64,000 nucleotides of DNA, from positions 27,683 to 91,682 of the forward strand of contig CAZCRA010000002.1 of assembly GCA_964500945.1 (NCBI GenBank). The letters are read 5' to 3'. Of this stretch, positions 24,910-34,580 are shown in pieces; the stretch's first letter is position 1; each line of letters opens with the position of its first letter. Under the pieces are notes generated by a model. It was given only the letters and a program-made list of their open reading frames with translations. It did no database searches and was not told the DNA's origin. A program made the translations under genes and the position numbers. This DNA is from an uncultured Verrucomicrobiales bacterium. GTDB taxonomy: Bacteria; Verrucomicrobiota; Verrucomicrobiia; Verrucomicrobiales; DEV007.

Positions 24910-25655
24910 CCGGACTGGCCAACGGTCAATTCTTCGCGGTAAAGATCGCGGTTGCTGGCCTGGTATTCGGCTTTCAGCCGGATTTGGAAGTCGTGGAGGC
25001 TGATCAGTTTCCAGCCGGTGAACGACCACGCGCCGGTCTTCCCGTCGTGCTGGATCCCGGCCAGGAGGTGGTAGGCGTCCTCGGTGATCTTGTTGGTTTC
25101 GTTTCGCGGTGTGTAGTAGAACGTCCGGAAAGAACTGCCGAGGGAATCTTCGCGCACGAGTTTCGGATCGAGGTAAACGACTTTCCCCGAGGCCTGGTGG
25201 ATGAGGCGGAGGTCGGGGTAGCCGGAGCTTTGGAGTTTTCCTTCCTCGGTCAGTGGACGGCTACAACGAAAGCCCGGGCGCTGGTCCAACTCTTTCTCGA
25301 GGAAAGCTTCGAAGTGGCGACTGACTTCGTTGATTCTTCGTTCGTCGTAGACGGGGCTGTCCTCCTTGGCGAGAGCGATCAAGGAGCGGTCCAGCGCGCT
25401 GGAGACCGCTTCGATGATTGCCTTGCCCGCCGTCGAATCAGGGTTCAGCGGGAGGACCCGGTGTCCGGTCGCGGCGCGGACAACTTCCCGGAAGGCGACC
25501 TCTTCGGTGGATGACTGGTCGAGGAGCGTCCGGATGAGCGGTTCGAGTTCGGCTTCCTGGCTCTGGGCGGGCCCTCCGCCAGTGAGCAAAAAGAGCGAGG
25601 CGAAGACGATTTCAAACCCCGCTCGTTTGCCAGATCGTCTTGTATTCCGTGGCAT
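24903..25655 (-). CDS. Hypothetical secreted protein with a PD-(D/E)xK-like motif
   Basis: The start is trimmed to the ATG at 25655 (MPRNTRRSGKRAGFEIVFASLFLLTGGGPAQSQ, a signal peptide). The core reads GYPDLRLIHQASGKVVYLDPKLV. Confidence 0.5.
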   Translation of the reverse strand: MPRNTRRSGKRAGFEIVFASLFLLTGGGPAQSQEAELEPLIRTLLDQSSTEEVAFREVVRAATGHRVLPLNPDSTAGKAIIEAVSSALDRSLIALAKEDSPVYDERRINEVSRHFEAFLEKELDQRPGFRCSRPLTEEGKLQSSGYPDLRLIHQASGKVVYLDPKLVREDSLGSSFRTFYYTPRNETNKITEDAYHLLAGIQHDGKTGAWSFTGWKLISLHDFQIRLKAEYQASNRDLYREELTVGQSGQ

Positions 25656-26490
25656 CGAGGCAGCGGTAGGGGGTGGCGGCGGTTGATTCGAACCAGTCCC
25701 GTGAGTCGAGCTCCCAGTTGGCCGTGCGCTTGAGATTCGCGGCGGAACCGGCCCGGGTGAGGCTGGCGATTTCCGGATCCCCCGTGGCATCGATCAAGGC
25801 GTTCACGTCCATGTGCGAAGCCAGGACGGGCGCCAATTCGGCGGGATCACCCGTCAGAAGGTTGACGATTCCGGCCGGCAAATCGCTGGTGGCGAAGACT
25901 TCACCCAGGGACAAGGAAGGCGGAGCCGAATTGGGGGGAAGGACGAGGACCACGGCGTTTCCGGTGAGAATCGTGGCCGAGGCGAGGGTGACTGGGGCGA
26001 GCAGGCGGGGTGTTTCGGGGGCTAGGGCCGCCACGACACCAGTGGGTTCGAGTCGCGTCTGATTCTCGAGGGCGCCGGCGACGGGATTGGGCGAGCCGAA
26101 GACGGATTCCAACTTGTCGCACCAGCCGGCGTAGTAAACGAGGCGCCCGATGGAGGCCTCCACTTCGTTCCGCGCCTCATCCGGTCCCGAGCCGGAGCGC
26201 TCCAGCTCGCCGGTCAATGAGGCCGAGCGAGACTCCAGCATTTCGGCGGCGCGGTAGAGGATCTGGCTGCGAAGGAAGGCCGAACTTCCGAACCAGCCTG
26301 GCTGGACCTTTCGTGCGGCGCGAACGGCGTCCCTAAGGTCTTTTCTCGAGGCGAGTGGCACGTTGGCGTGAAATTGGCCTTCCGGCGTTTCCATTTTGCG
26401 GTATCGCCCGCTCTCCGTCCGGACGAAGCATCCATTGACGAAGAGTTTCGGTGTCTTCAGGACGTCCAGGCGAGCTGGGGCGGGTTCCAT
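25612..26490 (-). CDS. Aldehyde-dehydrogenase-like protein lacking the catalytic domain
   Basis: The N-terminal ALDH-like sequence includes KLFVNGCFV...ASRKDLRDAVRAARKVQPGW...EARNEVEASIGRLVYYAGWCDK...EPTGVVAALAPETPRLL...GNAVVL. It ends about 30 aa after NLKRTANWELD. No Cys-nucleophile region is present. Confidence 0.6.
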   Translation of the reverse strand: MEPAPARLDVLKTPKLFVNGCFVRTESGRYRKMETPEGQFHANVPLASRKDLRDAVRAARKVQPGWFGSSAFLRSQILYRAAEMLESRSASLTGELERSGSGPDEARNEVEASIGRLVYYAGWCDKLESVFGSPNPVAGALENQTRLEPTGVVAALAPETPRLLAPVTLASATILTGNAVVLVLPPNSAPPSLSLGEVFATSDLPAGIVNLLTGDPAELAPVLASHMDVNALIDATGDPEIASLTRAGSAANLKRTANWELDSRDWFESTAATPYRCLDATEYKTIWQTSGV

Positions 26491-26599
26491 GCGGGACGCT
26501 AGGCTCCAACGTCTGCCGGGCCAAGCGGATTTCAACCGCTCAGCATTCCGATTGTGTTTTTGACAGAGCGGAGGGTTCCGGCTTTTGGTGGAGGAGAAA

Positions 26600-28771
26600 A
26601 TGGGACGTCGATTTTCAAAGGTCGCGCGTCAAAGCAACGAAAGCCTCTCCGTGCCAAAATTCCTCAGTATTCTCCTCCTTCTCGCGGTCTTTCCCGCTTC
26701 CTCGATCTTGGGCTACCCGCTGACGGTCGCTCAACAGGAGCGTTTGGAGACCTATCTCCCTCGCACTTTGGAGAAACTCGAGCGGCGGCAACCGATTCAC
26801 GTGGCCCTGGTTGGAGACGGCGTGGCGCAGATGATCACGCTCGACGAAAACCGGCACAACATGCTGCTTTCGCTGCACGGCTATTTTCTGAGGCGGCTGG
26901 AGCAGGAGTTCTTCTATCCTGGAGGAGTTCACCTGCTGAATCCTCTGGCGGACCATCCCCGGAAGCTCCGGAACCATCGCGGGGAAGAGATTCTTCTCGA
27001 GCAATTCACCTCGGCGGAGGCGACGAGTCTCAATGCGCTACAGTGGGTGACGACCCGGGTCTTCTTGAACCGGCCGGATTTGGTGGTGCTTCACCTCGGG
27101 CTGAACGACTTCCGGTTCGATGTCCTGGGCGAGTCGACGCGGCGCTCGCTGAGCCGGGCGATCGAGTTCTGCCTGCGGAACGAAGCGGAGGTGATTTTGG
27201 TGGGCCCGACTCTGATGCGCGATGCCGGTGGGCCGAACGGATGGGGAGCGACGCGTTTGCACGCCGCGATTCTTCGGGATTTGGCGGCGCAGTGGAACGT
27301 CATGTTCCTGGATCCCGGCCACGCGTTGGGGAGGACCCGGCCGGCCTTGTCCGAAGGGACGCCGGAAGATCTGGCAGCGCAGGTCTCGCGCGATCTCGCA
27401 CTCGATCTCTTCGATTACGGTCCGGGGGTAAAGGAAGCTATTTTCATGAATTCGGTGGCTCACCGGAATGCCGGTGCCGCCATGGCCGGACAGCTCATGG
27501 ATGGGGTGGCCGACTCGGGCTACGAGATCTCCGCGAGCGCTGTTCTGGCGGGAGAAGATGGATTGGAGGTCGATCTGACGCTTCGTGCAAAAGACGGATT
27601 GAGGCGGCAGGGAGTGCTCACGGCCCTGAATATTGGTCGAATCTGGGAACCGAAAGTGGTGCCGCATGCCCTCTCGATCGATCCCGAAGGAGAGCAGCGG
27701 TTTCGAATTCGGTACGAGAGACGGACCGCGGGCGGCGACGGAGGGGATTACCGGTTCACGGCGAACATGACGACCCTCCCATGCTCGTTTCTCCTCAGCG
27801 ATCTGGACCGCACCACGATGGTGGATGTTCAGGTGCCGAAGGAGCCGGTGCACGTGGTCTGGGATTTCAGCCCGCGCATCGATCAGCGCCGGACGTTTCC
27901 GCTGCGCTTCATGATTGGCAACGCCTCGGCCGAGCCGGTGAACGGAACCTACCGCCTTCGCTATGCCGGACAGCAGGCGCGTGGGGCTTTCGATTTAGAG
28001 CCTGGAGGAAACAAGACCTTCACGGCCAATCCACAGCTGCCCTCCGATGAGGTCTGGCGCAGCCGGGAGACGGTCGTTCTCGAGGTCGAAACGGGGGGGC
28101 AGACCCTACTGTTCAAACGACAGGCGGAAGCCGTGCAGGATGGGGTTTTAGAATCGGCGATTCCGCTGGAGCCCCTCGATCGCTACGCGGAGGGTGAGGC
28201 ATCGAAGGGCAAGCGCGTGACGATGACGGCGAGCGCCAGCGATGAAGCGCTTCAGTTGGTGTTCGATCTAGGGGGGATCCCCCTGGAAACGGCGACGGGC
28301 CGGGATGCCCTGATCCTGAAGCTGGCTTTGGATGGGCGGCCCTCGGCAGAGTGTCAGGGGACGGGTTTCGTGGAACCTCTGGTCATCCGGTTCAGGGACA
28401 GCGAGCCGGTTGGCAAGGTGGCGCCGATTCCGCCCGCCGCCTTTGGGAATGGCTACAGCAAAGAGCTGGATTCACGCGGCATCCAGGCTGTAATGGAAGA
28501 CGGAGCTGAGGGAAAGCGGGTTCGGGTGATCCTTCCGCGGATCTATTTTTACCGGCACTTCTGGAAGATCGGCGACGGCGGCGACCGGCTGGGACTGGCG
28601 GCGCAGGTTCAGTTTCTTCGCGCCGATGCGGTTTCGGGCGAGTTTTCCTATCCGGAATCGGCGACTTGGGTGACTTCGGCACCGGGCTTGCACCGGAACG
28701 ACGCTTGCGGGTTGCCGTCGCTGGATCTCCGGACCGGCTCACCCGATGGGTGGAGCGTTCGGCTCTACTGA
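26600..28771 (+). CDS. Large secreted protein with an N-terminal SGNH/GDSL-like domain; the block I Ser is replaced by Gly
   Basis: GGAGGAG lies 4 nt upstream of the ATG at 26600. A signal-anchor is present (FLSILLLLAVFPASS). The blocks read VALVGDGVAQ (GDG rather than GDS), VVLHLGLNDF (GxND) and FLDPGHAL (DxxH). About 470 aa of unknown C-terminal region follows. Confidence 0.6.
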   Translation: MGRRFSKVARQSNESLSVPKFLSILLLLAVFPASSILGYPLTVAQQERLETYLPRTLEKLERRQPIHVALVGDGVAQMITLDENRHNMLLSLHGYFLRRLEQEFFYPGGVHLLNPLADHPRKLRNHRGEEILLEQFTSAEATSLNALQWVTTRVFLNRPDLVVLHLGLNDFRFDVLGESTRRSLSRAIEFCLRNEAEVILVGPTLMRDAGGPNGWGATRLHAAILRDLAAQWNVMFLDPGHALGRTRPALSEGTPEDLAAQVSRDLALDLFDYGPGVKEAIFMNSVAHRNAGAAMAGQLMDGVADSGYEISASAVLAGEDGLEVDLTLRAKDGLRRQGVLTALNIGRIWEPKVVPHALSIDPEGEQRFRIRYERRTAGGDGGDYRFTANMTTLPCSFLLSDLDRTTMVDVQVPKEPVHVVWDFSPRIDQRRTFPLRFMIGNASAEPVNGTYRLRYAGQQARGAFDLEPGGNKTFTANPQLPSDEVWRSRETVVLEVETGGQTLLFKRQAEAVQDGVLESAIPLEPLDRYAEGEASKGKRVTMTASASDEALQLVFDLGGIPLETATGRDALILKLALDGRPSAECQGTGFVEPLVIRFRDSEPVGKVAPIPPAAFGNGYSKELDSRGIQAVMEDGAEGKRVRVILPRIYFYRHFWKIGDGGDRLGLAAQVQFLRADAVSGEFSYPESATWVTSAPGLHRNDACGLPSLDLRTGSPDGWSVRLY

Positions 28772-28834
28772 CGAAGTCGGAGCGAATCGGGTTTCGGGTT
28801 GGCAATCGCCGGACTCTTCCATAGGGTTTCTACG

Positions 28835-30337
28835 ATGAGTTCTTCCCAAACCCCCGTTAGTCCTGCCCGCCGCCGCTTTCTGAAGGCCACCTTTGCCTCG
28901 GCGCTCGCGCTCCCCGCTTCACGTGTCCTCGGCGCCAACGAGGAAATTCGAGTCGGTGTCGTCGGCGTTCGAGGGAGAGGGAAAGGTCACCTGGACGCAT
29001 TCAGCCGGTTGTCCGGTAGCCGGGTCGTGGCGGTCTGCGATGTGGATCCCGCGGTTTTGGCGGAACAAACGGCTCGAGTGACGCAAGCGCAGGGGATCAA
29101 AGTCGACGCCATCGAGGACTACCGGCGTTTGCTGGAGCGTTCGGACATCGATGCGGTGGCCATCGCGACACCGAATCATTGGCACGCGCTGATGGGGATC
29201 TGGGCGTGCCAGGCTGGAAAGGACGTCTACCTCGAGAAGCCGATTTCTCACAACGTGCGCGAAGGGAGAATCCTGGTCCAGGCGGCGCGCAAACACGGGA
29301 GGATCGTTCAAGGTGGGACGCAGAACCGGTCGAATCCCAAATTCCAGGAGGCGGTCGCTTTTGGCCAGTCCGGTGAATTGGGGAAACTTCAGAGGGTTTA
29401 CGGGCGCTGTTTCAAGGCGCGTTCTTCCATTGGGAGCAAGGGGAAAGGCCAGTTACCCAAGGGCCTGAACTATGATCTCTGGACGGGACCGGCCGAAATG
29501 GAACCTTTGACCCGCGAACGCCTCCACTACGATTGGCACTGGGTCTACAACACCGGAAACGGCGACATGGGCAACCAGGGCGTTCACCAGCTGGATATCG
29601 GGCTCTGGGTGCTGGGTGATCCGGGCGGGTCGCGCCGCGTTTTCAGCGTGGGGGGACGCCTGGGTTACGTGGATGACGCCGAGACGCCGAACAGCCAGTT
29701 TGTGCTTCATGAATTCGATGAAGCTCCGCTGATCTTTGAAACCCGGGGCTTGCCGCGGGCCAAGGAATTTCAGGACCCCGGAGCGTGGCGCGGAAACATG
29801 GATAAGCCCCTTGGAAATCCCTCCCTCAGCGGAATCTCCCTGATCGCGGAGTATGAAAAGGGGTCCATCTACTTCGATCACGGTCGTCGGGCGGCGATCA
29901 TCGACGAGAAGGGCGATTTTGTCCGCCAATTCGAGGGTGATGCCAGCGTCTCATCCGATCACTACGCCAATTTCCTCGGCGCGATGCGCTCACGGAAGGT
30001 TGAGGACCTCACGGCGGACTGCGAGAAGACGCATCACTCGAGCGCCATGTGCCACACGGGAATGATTTCTCATATGATCGGCAAAAAGAGCGAGCCCAAT
30101 GAGATTCGCGATCGCTTGAAGGGCGATTCTCTGGCCCTCGAGGGTTACGAGCAGTTGGCTGAGCACCTTGGGCGGAACGGGGTCGACCTGGCGAAGACAC
30201 CGCTGACGTTGGGGCCGAGTTTGGCCTTTGATCCGGCCGAAGAGCGCTTTGCGGGGAACGGAGAGTTGGATGAAGCGGCGAACGCGCTTCTTTTCCGGGT
30301 CGGCCGGGGCGAGTTTCGAATTCCAGAGGAAGTTTGA
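28835..30337 (+). CDS. Gfo/Idh/MocA-family oxidoreductase with a twin-arginine signal
   Basis: The TAT signal is SPARRRFLKATFASALALPASRVLG. The Rossmann region is IRVGVVGVRGRGKGH. The translation also shows ATPNHWHA and YLEKPISHN. Confidence 0.85.
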   Translation: MSSSQTPVSPARRRFLKATFASALALPASRVLGANEEIRVGVVGVRGRGKGHLDAFSRLSGSRVVAVCDVDPAVLAEQTARVTQAQGIKVDAIEDYRRLLERSDIDAVAIATPNHWHALMGIWACQAGKDVYLEKPISHNVREGRILVQAARKHGRIVQGGTQNRSNPKFQEAVAFGQSGELGKLQRVYGRCFKARSSIGSKGKGQLPKGLNYDLWTGPAEMEPLTRERLHYDWHWVYNTGNGDMGNQGVHQLDIGLWVLGDPGGSRRVFSVGGRLGYVDDAETPNSQFVLHEFDEAPLIFETRGLPRAKEFQDPGAWRGNMDKPLGNPSLSGISLIAEYEKGSIYFDHGRRAAIIDEKGDFVRQFEGDASVSSDHYANFLGAMRSRKVEDLTADCEKTHHSSAMCHTGMISHMIGKKSEPNEIRDRLKGDSLALEGYEQLAEHLGRNGVDLAKTPLTLGPSLAFDPAEERFAGNGELDEAANALLFRVGRGEFRIPEEV

Positions 30338-30451
30338 TTTCCTGGAGGGGCAGGTTTGCGGAAAAACGGGTGACAAACGCTCCGGTTTACGAGAATCTGG
30401 CGGTTTAGTTGTGGTGAAGGAGTTTCCTTTCCCCAATCTCCCTGAAGACAG

Positions 30452-32926
30452 ATGGTTCTCGCGCTCCGGCTTCCGCTTCGATTCCTCGTCCCCCTGCTTC
30501 TCGTGGCGGGGGAGGGCGTGACATGGGCTCAGGGCGCGGGTGCGGTCGACTCGACGCAACAGCTCGTCGCCCAACGGCAGGAGCGGCTCCGTTTTCTCGA
30601 GGGGAAGCTCTCCGAAGCCGCAGAGCTTCAACGATCTGGCGATTTGGCAGGGGCGCATTCCCTGAGCCGGGCGGTTTTTCTCGAGACGCCTGGGTGGGAG
30701 GCGAGTTCGGAGCTGAAGCGGCGGTCCTTCGATCAGTATCAGGTCGTGGTCCGGCAGCGGACCGATGAGATGGCCCGGGGAGGTCGCGTGAAGGAAGCGG
30801 CGCAGACGATGGAACAGTTCTTCGCCGATGCGCAACAGAAGCAAGTTCCAGCCCACTGGTTGGAGCAGAGATCGAAAGATCACCTGGGGGACTTAAAGGA
30901 TGACGACACCTACGAGGTGGCGCGCACGCCCCAGCATGTGGCGAATGCGGACCAGGTCCGGAAATGGCTGATCGAGGCAGATCACGCCGCGCAACTCGGG
31001 CGTTTCGACCATGCTTCGACGCTGTATGCGCAGGTGTTGAACGTGGACGCTTACAACACCGCCGCGCGCCGGGGGATGGAACAGGTCGACCGGTTAGTGA
31101 ACCAGTATTACGACGCGGCTTACGATCAAACCCGGGCGTCCTTCCTTGCCGAGATCACCAAGCAGTGGGAGAGCCCGGTGCCACAGTTCCAACTGGAAAA
31201 CGTCGAGCAGCCTGCGCCGGACTTCTTCGAGGCGCCCGAGGCGTTCGAAACCGTGCGCACCCGGATGAAAATGATCCAGATTCCATCCGTCGAGTTCGTT
31301 CAGACGCCACTGCGAGAGGTGGTGGAGTTCCTGGATGCGCGAAGCAAGGCTCTCGACCCATCCGGGCAAGGGGTCAACCTGGTCCTCGACACCGGGGGGA
31401 ACACGTCGCTGGAAACCTATCCGATCTCGCTTCGGCTGAACCGGGTGACGCTGGAGGTCGTTCTGGATTACGTGGCGCAACTGGCCGGGATGAAGGTTCG
31501 CCCGGAGGAGTTTGCGGTGTCGATCGTGCCTGCGACAGCGCTCGATAACACGGCATTGATCACCAAGAGCTACCGGGTGCCGCCCGATTTTATTTCCTCG
31601 GGATCGATGGGCGAAGGAGACGATCCTTTCGGAGCGAACGATCCCTTTGCCGGTTTGGGCGGGGGGGGCGGCTCCGAGACCAAGCTTCAGAAGCGTCTCA
31701 CGGCAAAAGAGTTTCTCGGTCGGAACGGCGTGCAATTTTCGGAAGGGGCCACGGCGCAATTCATTCCGTCGACGAGCACGCTTCTCGTCCGGAACACCCA
31801 GGATCAACTCGACTTGGTCGAACGTTTGGTGGAAGCGAGTTTTGGAGGCGTGGCGAAGCTGCTGAAGGTGTCGGTCAAGACGCTCGAAATCGCGGAGACG
31901 GACCTTCGAGAAATCGGTTTTGACTGGCTACTCGGACAATTCAATGTGCCAGGTAGCGATCGCGTTTTCGCAAGCGGCGGCACTTACGGCAACACCTCGC
32001 AGGCTCCGGGAGCCAATTTGGAGCGTGATTACTCCTTTGTCCCGCCCGGCAGTTCCGCCCCCCTCGGCGATTACCCCGTGACGAGTGGAAATCGGACCGG
32101 TGGAGCGATTCAATTTGGCGACTCCGTCGAAGCGGCGATCAATCGGACCGTGGGTGTGGGGGAGACCACACCCGCTTTCACAGGAAATCGCACTCCCGGG
32201 ACGTTTTCCGTAGGGGGTGTTTTTACGGATCCGCAGTATCAAGTCGTGCTCCGGACACTGGAGCAGCGGCGCGGGAATGATATCGGGGCGACGACCACCA
32301 TCGTGACGCGAACCGGGCAGCCGGCTAAGGTCGAGGGGATCCGGGAGTTCATGTATCCTTCGGAGTATGATCCACCGGAAGTTCCGGATCAGTTCGGAGG
32401 AGGACTTGGGGGCACGCAAGCCACGCCCTTCACCCCCGCTCACCCCACGTCATTCGAAGTCCGGGAACTCGGAACGACCCTCGAGGTCGAAGGGGCCATC
32501 GCTCCGGACGGAGTGACGGTGGACCTTTCGCTCATCCCCGAGATCGTCGAGTTTATCGGCTTCATCGATTACGGCAGCCCGATCCGCTTCATTAATTCCG
32601 ATCCATTCGGAAATATCACGGAGGACCGGGTGCAGCCGAATCCGATCCTTCAGCCCGTCTTCCGGACGATCCGGGAGAACACCATGGCGTGGGTTTACGA
32701 TGGAGCGACCGTCGTGATCGGGGGATTGGTTCAAGACCGTCCGTCGATGCTCGAAGACCGTGTTCCGATCCTCGGCGACACCCCTTTGATCGGGCGGTTC
32801 TTCCGTTCAAAGATCTCGCAGAACGAACGGCGCGCGATCATCTTTTTCGTTACGGTCAACATCGTCGATCCCGCCGGAATGGCGGTGGCGGAGAGCCAAA
32901 ACACGCTGGCACCGGGCGGCGAGTGA
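30452..32926 (+). CDS. Secretin-family outer-membrane channel (GspD/PilQ-like) with a long N-terminal extension
   Basis: A signal peptide is present. An N0-like segment reads VEFVQTPLREVVEFLDARSK...ISLRLNRVTLEVVLDYVAQLAGM. The secretin domain starts at KVSVKTLEIAETDLREIGFDW. The C-terminal signature is VVIGGLVQDRPSMLEDRVPILGDTPLIGRFFRSKISQNERRAIIFFVTVNIV. Confidence 0.75.
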   Translation: MVLALRLPLRFLVPLLLVAGEGVTWAQGAGAVDSTQQLVAQRQERLRFLEGKLSEAAELQRSGDLAGAHSLSRAVFLETPGWEASSELKRRSFDQYQVVVRQRTDEMARGGRVKEAAQTMEQFFADAQQKQVPAHWLEQRSKDHLGDLKDDDTYEVARTPQHVANADQVRKWLIEADHAAQLGRFDHASTLYAQVLNVDAYNTAARRGMEQVDRLVNQYYDAAYDQTRASFLAEITKQWESPVPQFQLENVEQPAPDFFEAPEAFETVRTRMKMIQIPSVEFVQTPLREVVEFLDARSKALDPSGQGVNLVLDTGGNTSLETYPISLRLNRVTLEVVLDYVAQLAGMKVRPEEFAVSIVPATALDNTALITKSYRVPPDFISSGSMGEGDDPFGANDPFAGLGGGGGSETKLQKRLTAKEFLGRNGVQFSEGATAQFIPSTSTLLVRNTQDQLDLVERLVEASFGGVAKLLKVSVKTLEIAETDLREIGFDWLLGQFNVPGSDRVFASGGTYGNTSQAPGANLERDYSFVPPGSSAPLGDYPVTSGNRTGGAIQFGDSVEAAINRTVGVGETTPAFTGNRTPGTFSVGGVFTDPQYQVVLRTLEQRRGNDIGATTTIVTRTGQPAKVEGIREFMYPSEYDPPEVPDQFGGGLGGTQATPFTPAHPTSFEVRELGTTLEVEGAIAPDGVTVDLSLIPEIVEFIGFIDYGSPIRFINSDPFGNITEDRVQPNPILQPVFRTIRENTMAWVYDGATVVIGGLVQDRPSMLEDRVPILGDTPLIGRFFRSKISQNERRAIIFFVTVNIVDPAGMAVAESQNTLAPGGE

Positions 32927-33013
32927 ACGATCGCAACCTTGCAAATCGAACCGGAGAAGGTCAAACCGACCGGTTGCTGTAAAGGCGGTTCCGGTGTTCT
33001 CGTCCAACGAGCA

Positions 33014-34480
33014 ATGAGTGAAGCAAGGGGGTCAGCGCGGCTTTGGTGGGGGTTCGGGATCGTCTTGGTGATGATCGCGATTCTCGTGGCGACGGCCCTT
33101 CTGGGATCCGCCTGGGCATTGAAGCGGGTGATCGCCGCTGAGGGTTTTGAAGGGGAAGTTCGGCACTGTTTGCAAGAGGGCCTGGGTGTCGATGTCGTGC
33201 TCGACCCGATCGAATCCCGCGGCATGGTGTTCGCCCAATGCCCTTCGGCTTGGCTCGTCGCCAAGGACCGCACCTGGGCCGTTCGTCTGGTCAACGTCAA
33301 GAGCGAGCTTAACCCACGAGGCCTTTTCCGGCGCGCTTTCGAGTTCCGCTCCGTTCGGATTCAAGAGGCTCATTTCTGGTTCGGAATGGTTCCGGAAGAG
33401 GCTCCTGAACTGGTGGCCGGATTGCCCCGTGCAAGAGACGTTTCCAACTGGGTGGCGGCGCTCTTGCCGAGAACGGTCCGTTTCGGTCCGGGTTGTCGCT
33501 TGGAAGCGGTCACACTGCACGCGAGGGGCGCCTCGGCAGCCGGCGGCGCTCCGGTCTTTCAATTGGAGGCGGAAGGAGCTGCCAGTTTTCGAAACGACCG
33601 GTTGAGCTGGCGGCTGAAGGAGGGCGAGATCGCGAGCATCATGTCCGGCGAATGGCGGCTGGAGGAGCTAAGTGGTTTCCTGGAGGCCACGGAGTTTGGC
33701 CTGGAGCGCGGTGAGTTCCGCTCGGCTCGGGGCGGGGTGATCTCGTTTTCGCCGGCGCAGGGGGCTCCGGGAAAACCGCTCGTCCTTCCGGTGGAGGGTT
33801 CGGGACTGACGTTTGAGCCGGCCGCTCCGGACCAAGAAGAGCCCGTGGGTCCCGTCAACCGGGTGCAAGCTGACTTCCGGGGCGAACTGGAGACTCAACT
33901 TCCATTCGCCCACCGCGTCCGTTTCACCGGTGACTTTCATGCGGAGGGGCTGCAACTGGGGAAATCGCGAGTGTTCGAGCTTCTCGCCAGTCAAACGGGT
34001 GAAGAGCAGCTGCGGAAGCTGACCAATGGTGAGGCCACGGGATTGCTTCAGTGGTCGCCAGGGTTGGTGCGTTTGGAGGAACTGCAGTTTCGCGAGGAGG
34101 AATTGGTTCGCCTCGACGGGTGGATGTCCGTCGCGGGACCGGAACTGGCCGGGGTCTTTGAGCTTTCTCTCCCTGCCAACCTGGTCTCTCAGATCCCGGG
34201 TGGAAAACCGCGTGGTTTCAGTTATCCGGCTTCCGGATGGAGCACCGCGCAACTCCAGGTGGAAGGCCGGATCGGAAGTTGGCGAGAGGATTTGACCCGC
34301 CGCCTGGTTGATCAGGTTTCATCCGAAATCGGCGTCGCGCCAGCGCCTGTGATCGAGGGCGGCTCCTTCGTCGATCGCGATCGCCGTCCGAGCCCGAAGG
34401 AACTGAACCGGATGTTTGAAGAGCTGTTTCAGGAGTTGATTTCGCGCGAATCGGGAGCGGCCGGTGGAGCCTCCTCGTGA
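33014..34480 (+). CDS. Hypothetical membrane-anchored protein (AsmA-like layout)
   Basis: The start is trimmed to the ATG at 33014. An N-terminal TM segment (LWWGFGIVLVMIAILVATALLG) is followed by about 460 aa of extended soluble sequence. Confidence 0.5.
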   Translation: MSEARGSARLWWGFGIVLVMIAILVATALLGSAWALKRVIAAEGFEGEVRHCLQEGLGVDVVLDPIESRGMVFAQCPSAWLVAKDRTWAVRLVNVKSELNPRGLFRRAFEFRSVRIQEAHFWFGMVPEEAPELVAGLPRARDVSNWVAALLPRTVRFGPGCRLEAVTLHARGASAAGGAPVFQLEAEGAASFRNDRLSWRLKEGEIASIMSGEWRLEELSGFLEATEFGLERGEFRSARGGVISFSPAQGAPGKPLVLPVEGSGLTFEPAAPDQEEPVGPVNRVQADFRGELETQLPFAHRVRFTGDFHAEGLQLGKSRVFELLASQTGEEQLRKLTNGEATGLLQWSPGLVRLEELQFREEELVRLDGWMSVAGPELAGVFELSLPANLVSQIPGGKPRGFSYPASGWSTAQLQVEGRIGSWREDLTRRLVDQVSSEIGVAPAPVIEGGSFVDRDRRPSPKELNRMFEELFQELISRESGAAGGASS

Positions 34481-34580
34481 CGCAGGAGGAAGGTGTTGGC
34501 CGGAGAGAGCTGATAATAAAGGCTTCTTTATAATTTGATTTTCGAGATCTCTTCCCTATCATAGCTACCAAGCCTCTCGC

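Noticed and set aside
26554-28050. A 498-aa + strand ORF overlapping the SGNH-like gene in another frame.
   Set aside because: Its composition is extremely rich in Arg, Gly, Ser and Ala (RGRDSSRAIHLGGGDES...). The other frame has a strong Shine-Dalgarno sequence, a signal anchor and SGNH blocks.
31655-31680. A G-run (GGCGGGGGGGGCGGC) that could be a slippery or phase-variable tract.
   Set aside because: It lies in frame inside the secretin gene and encodes a Gly run (GLGGGGGS) within an already Gly-rich loop. I see no evidence of frameshifting.
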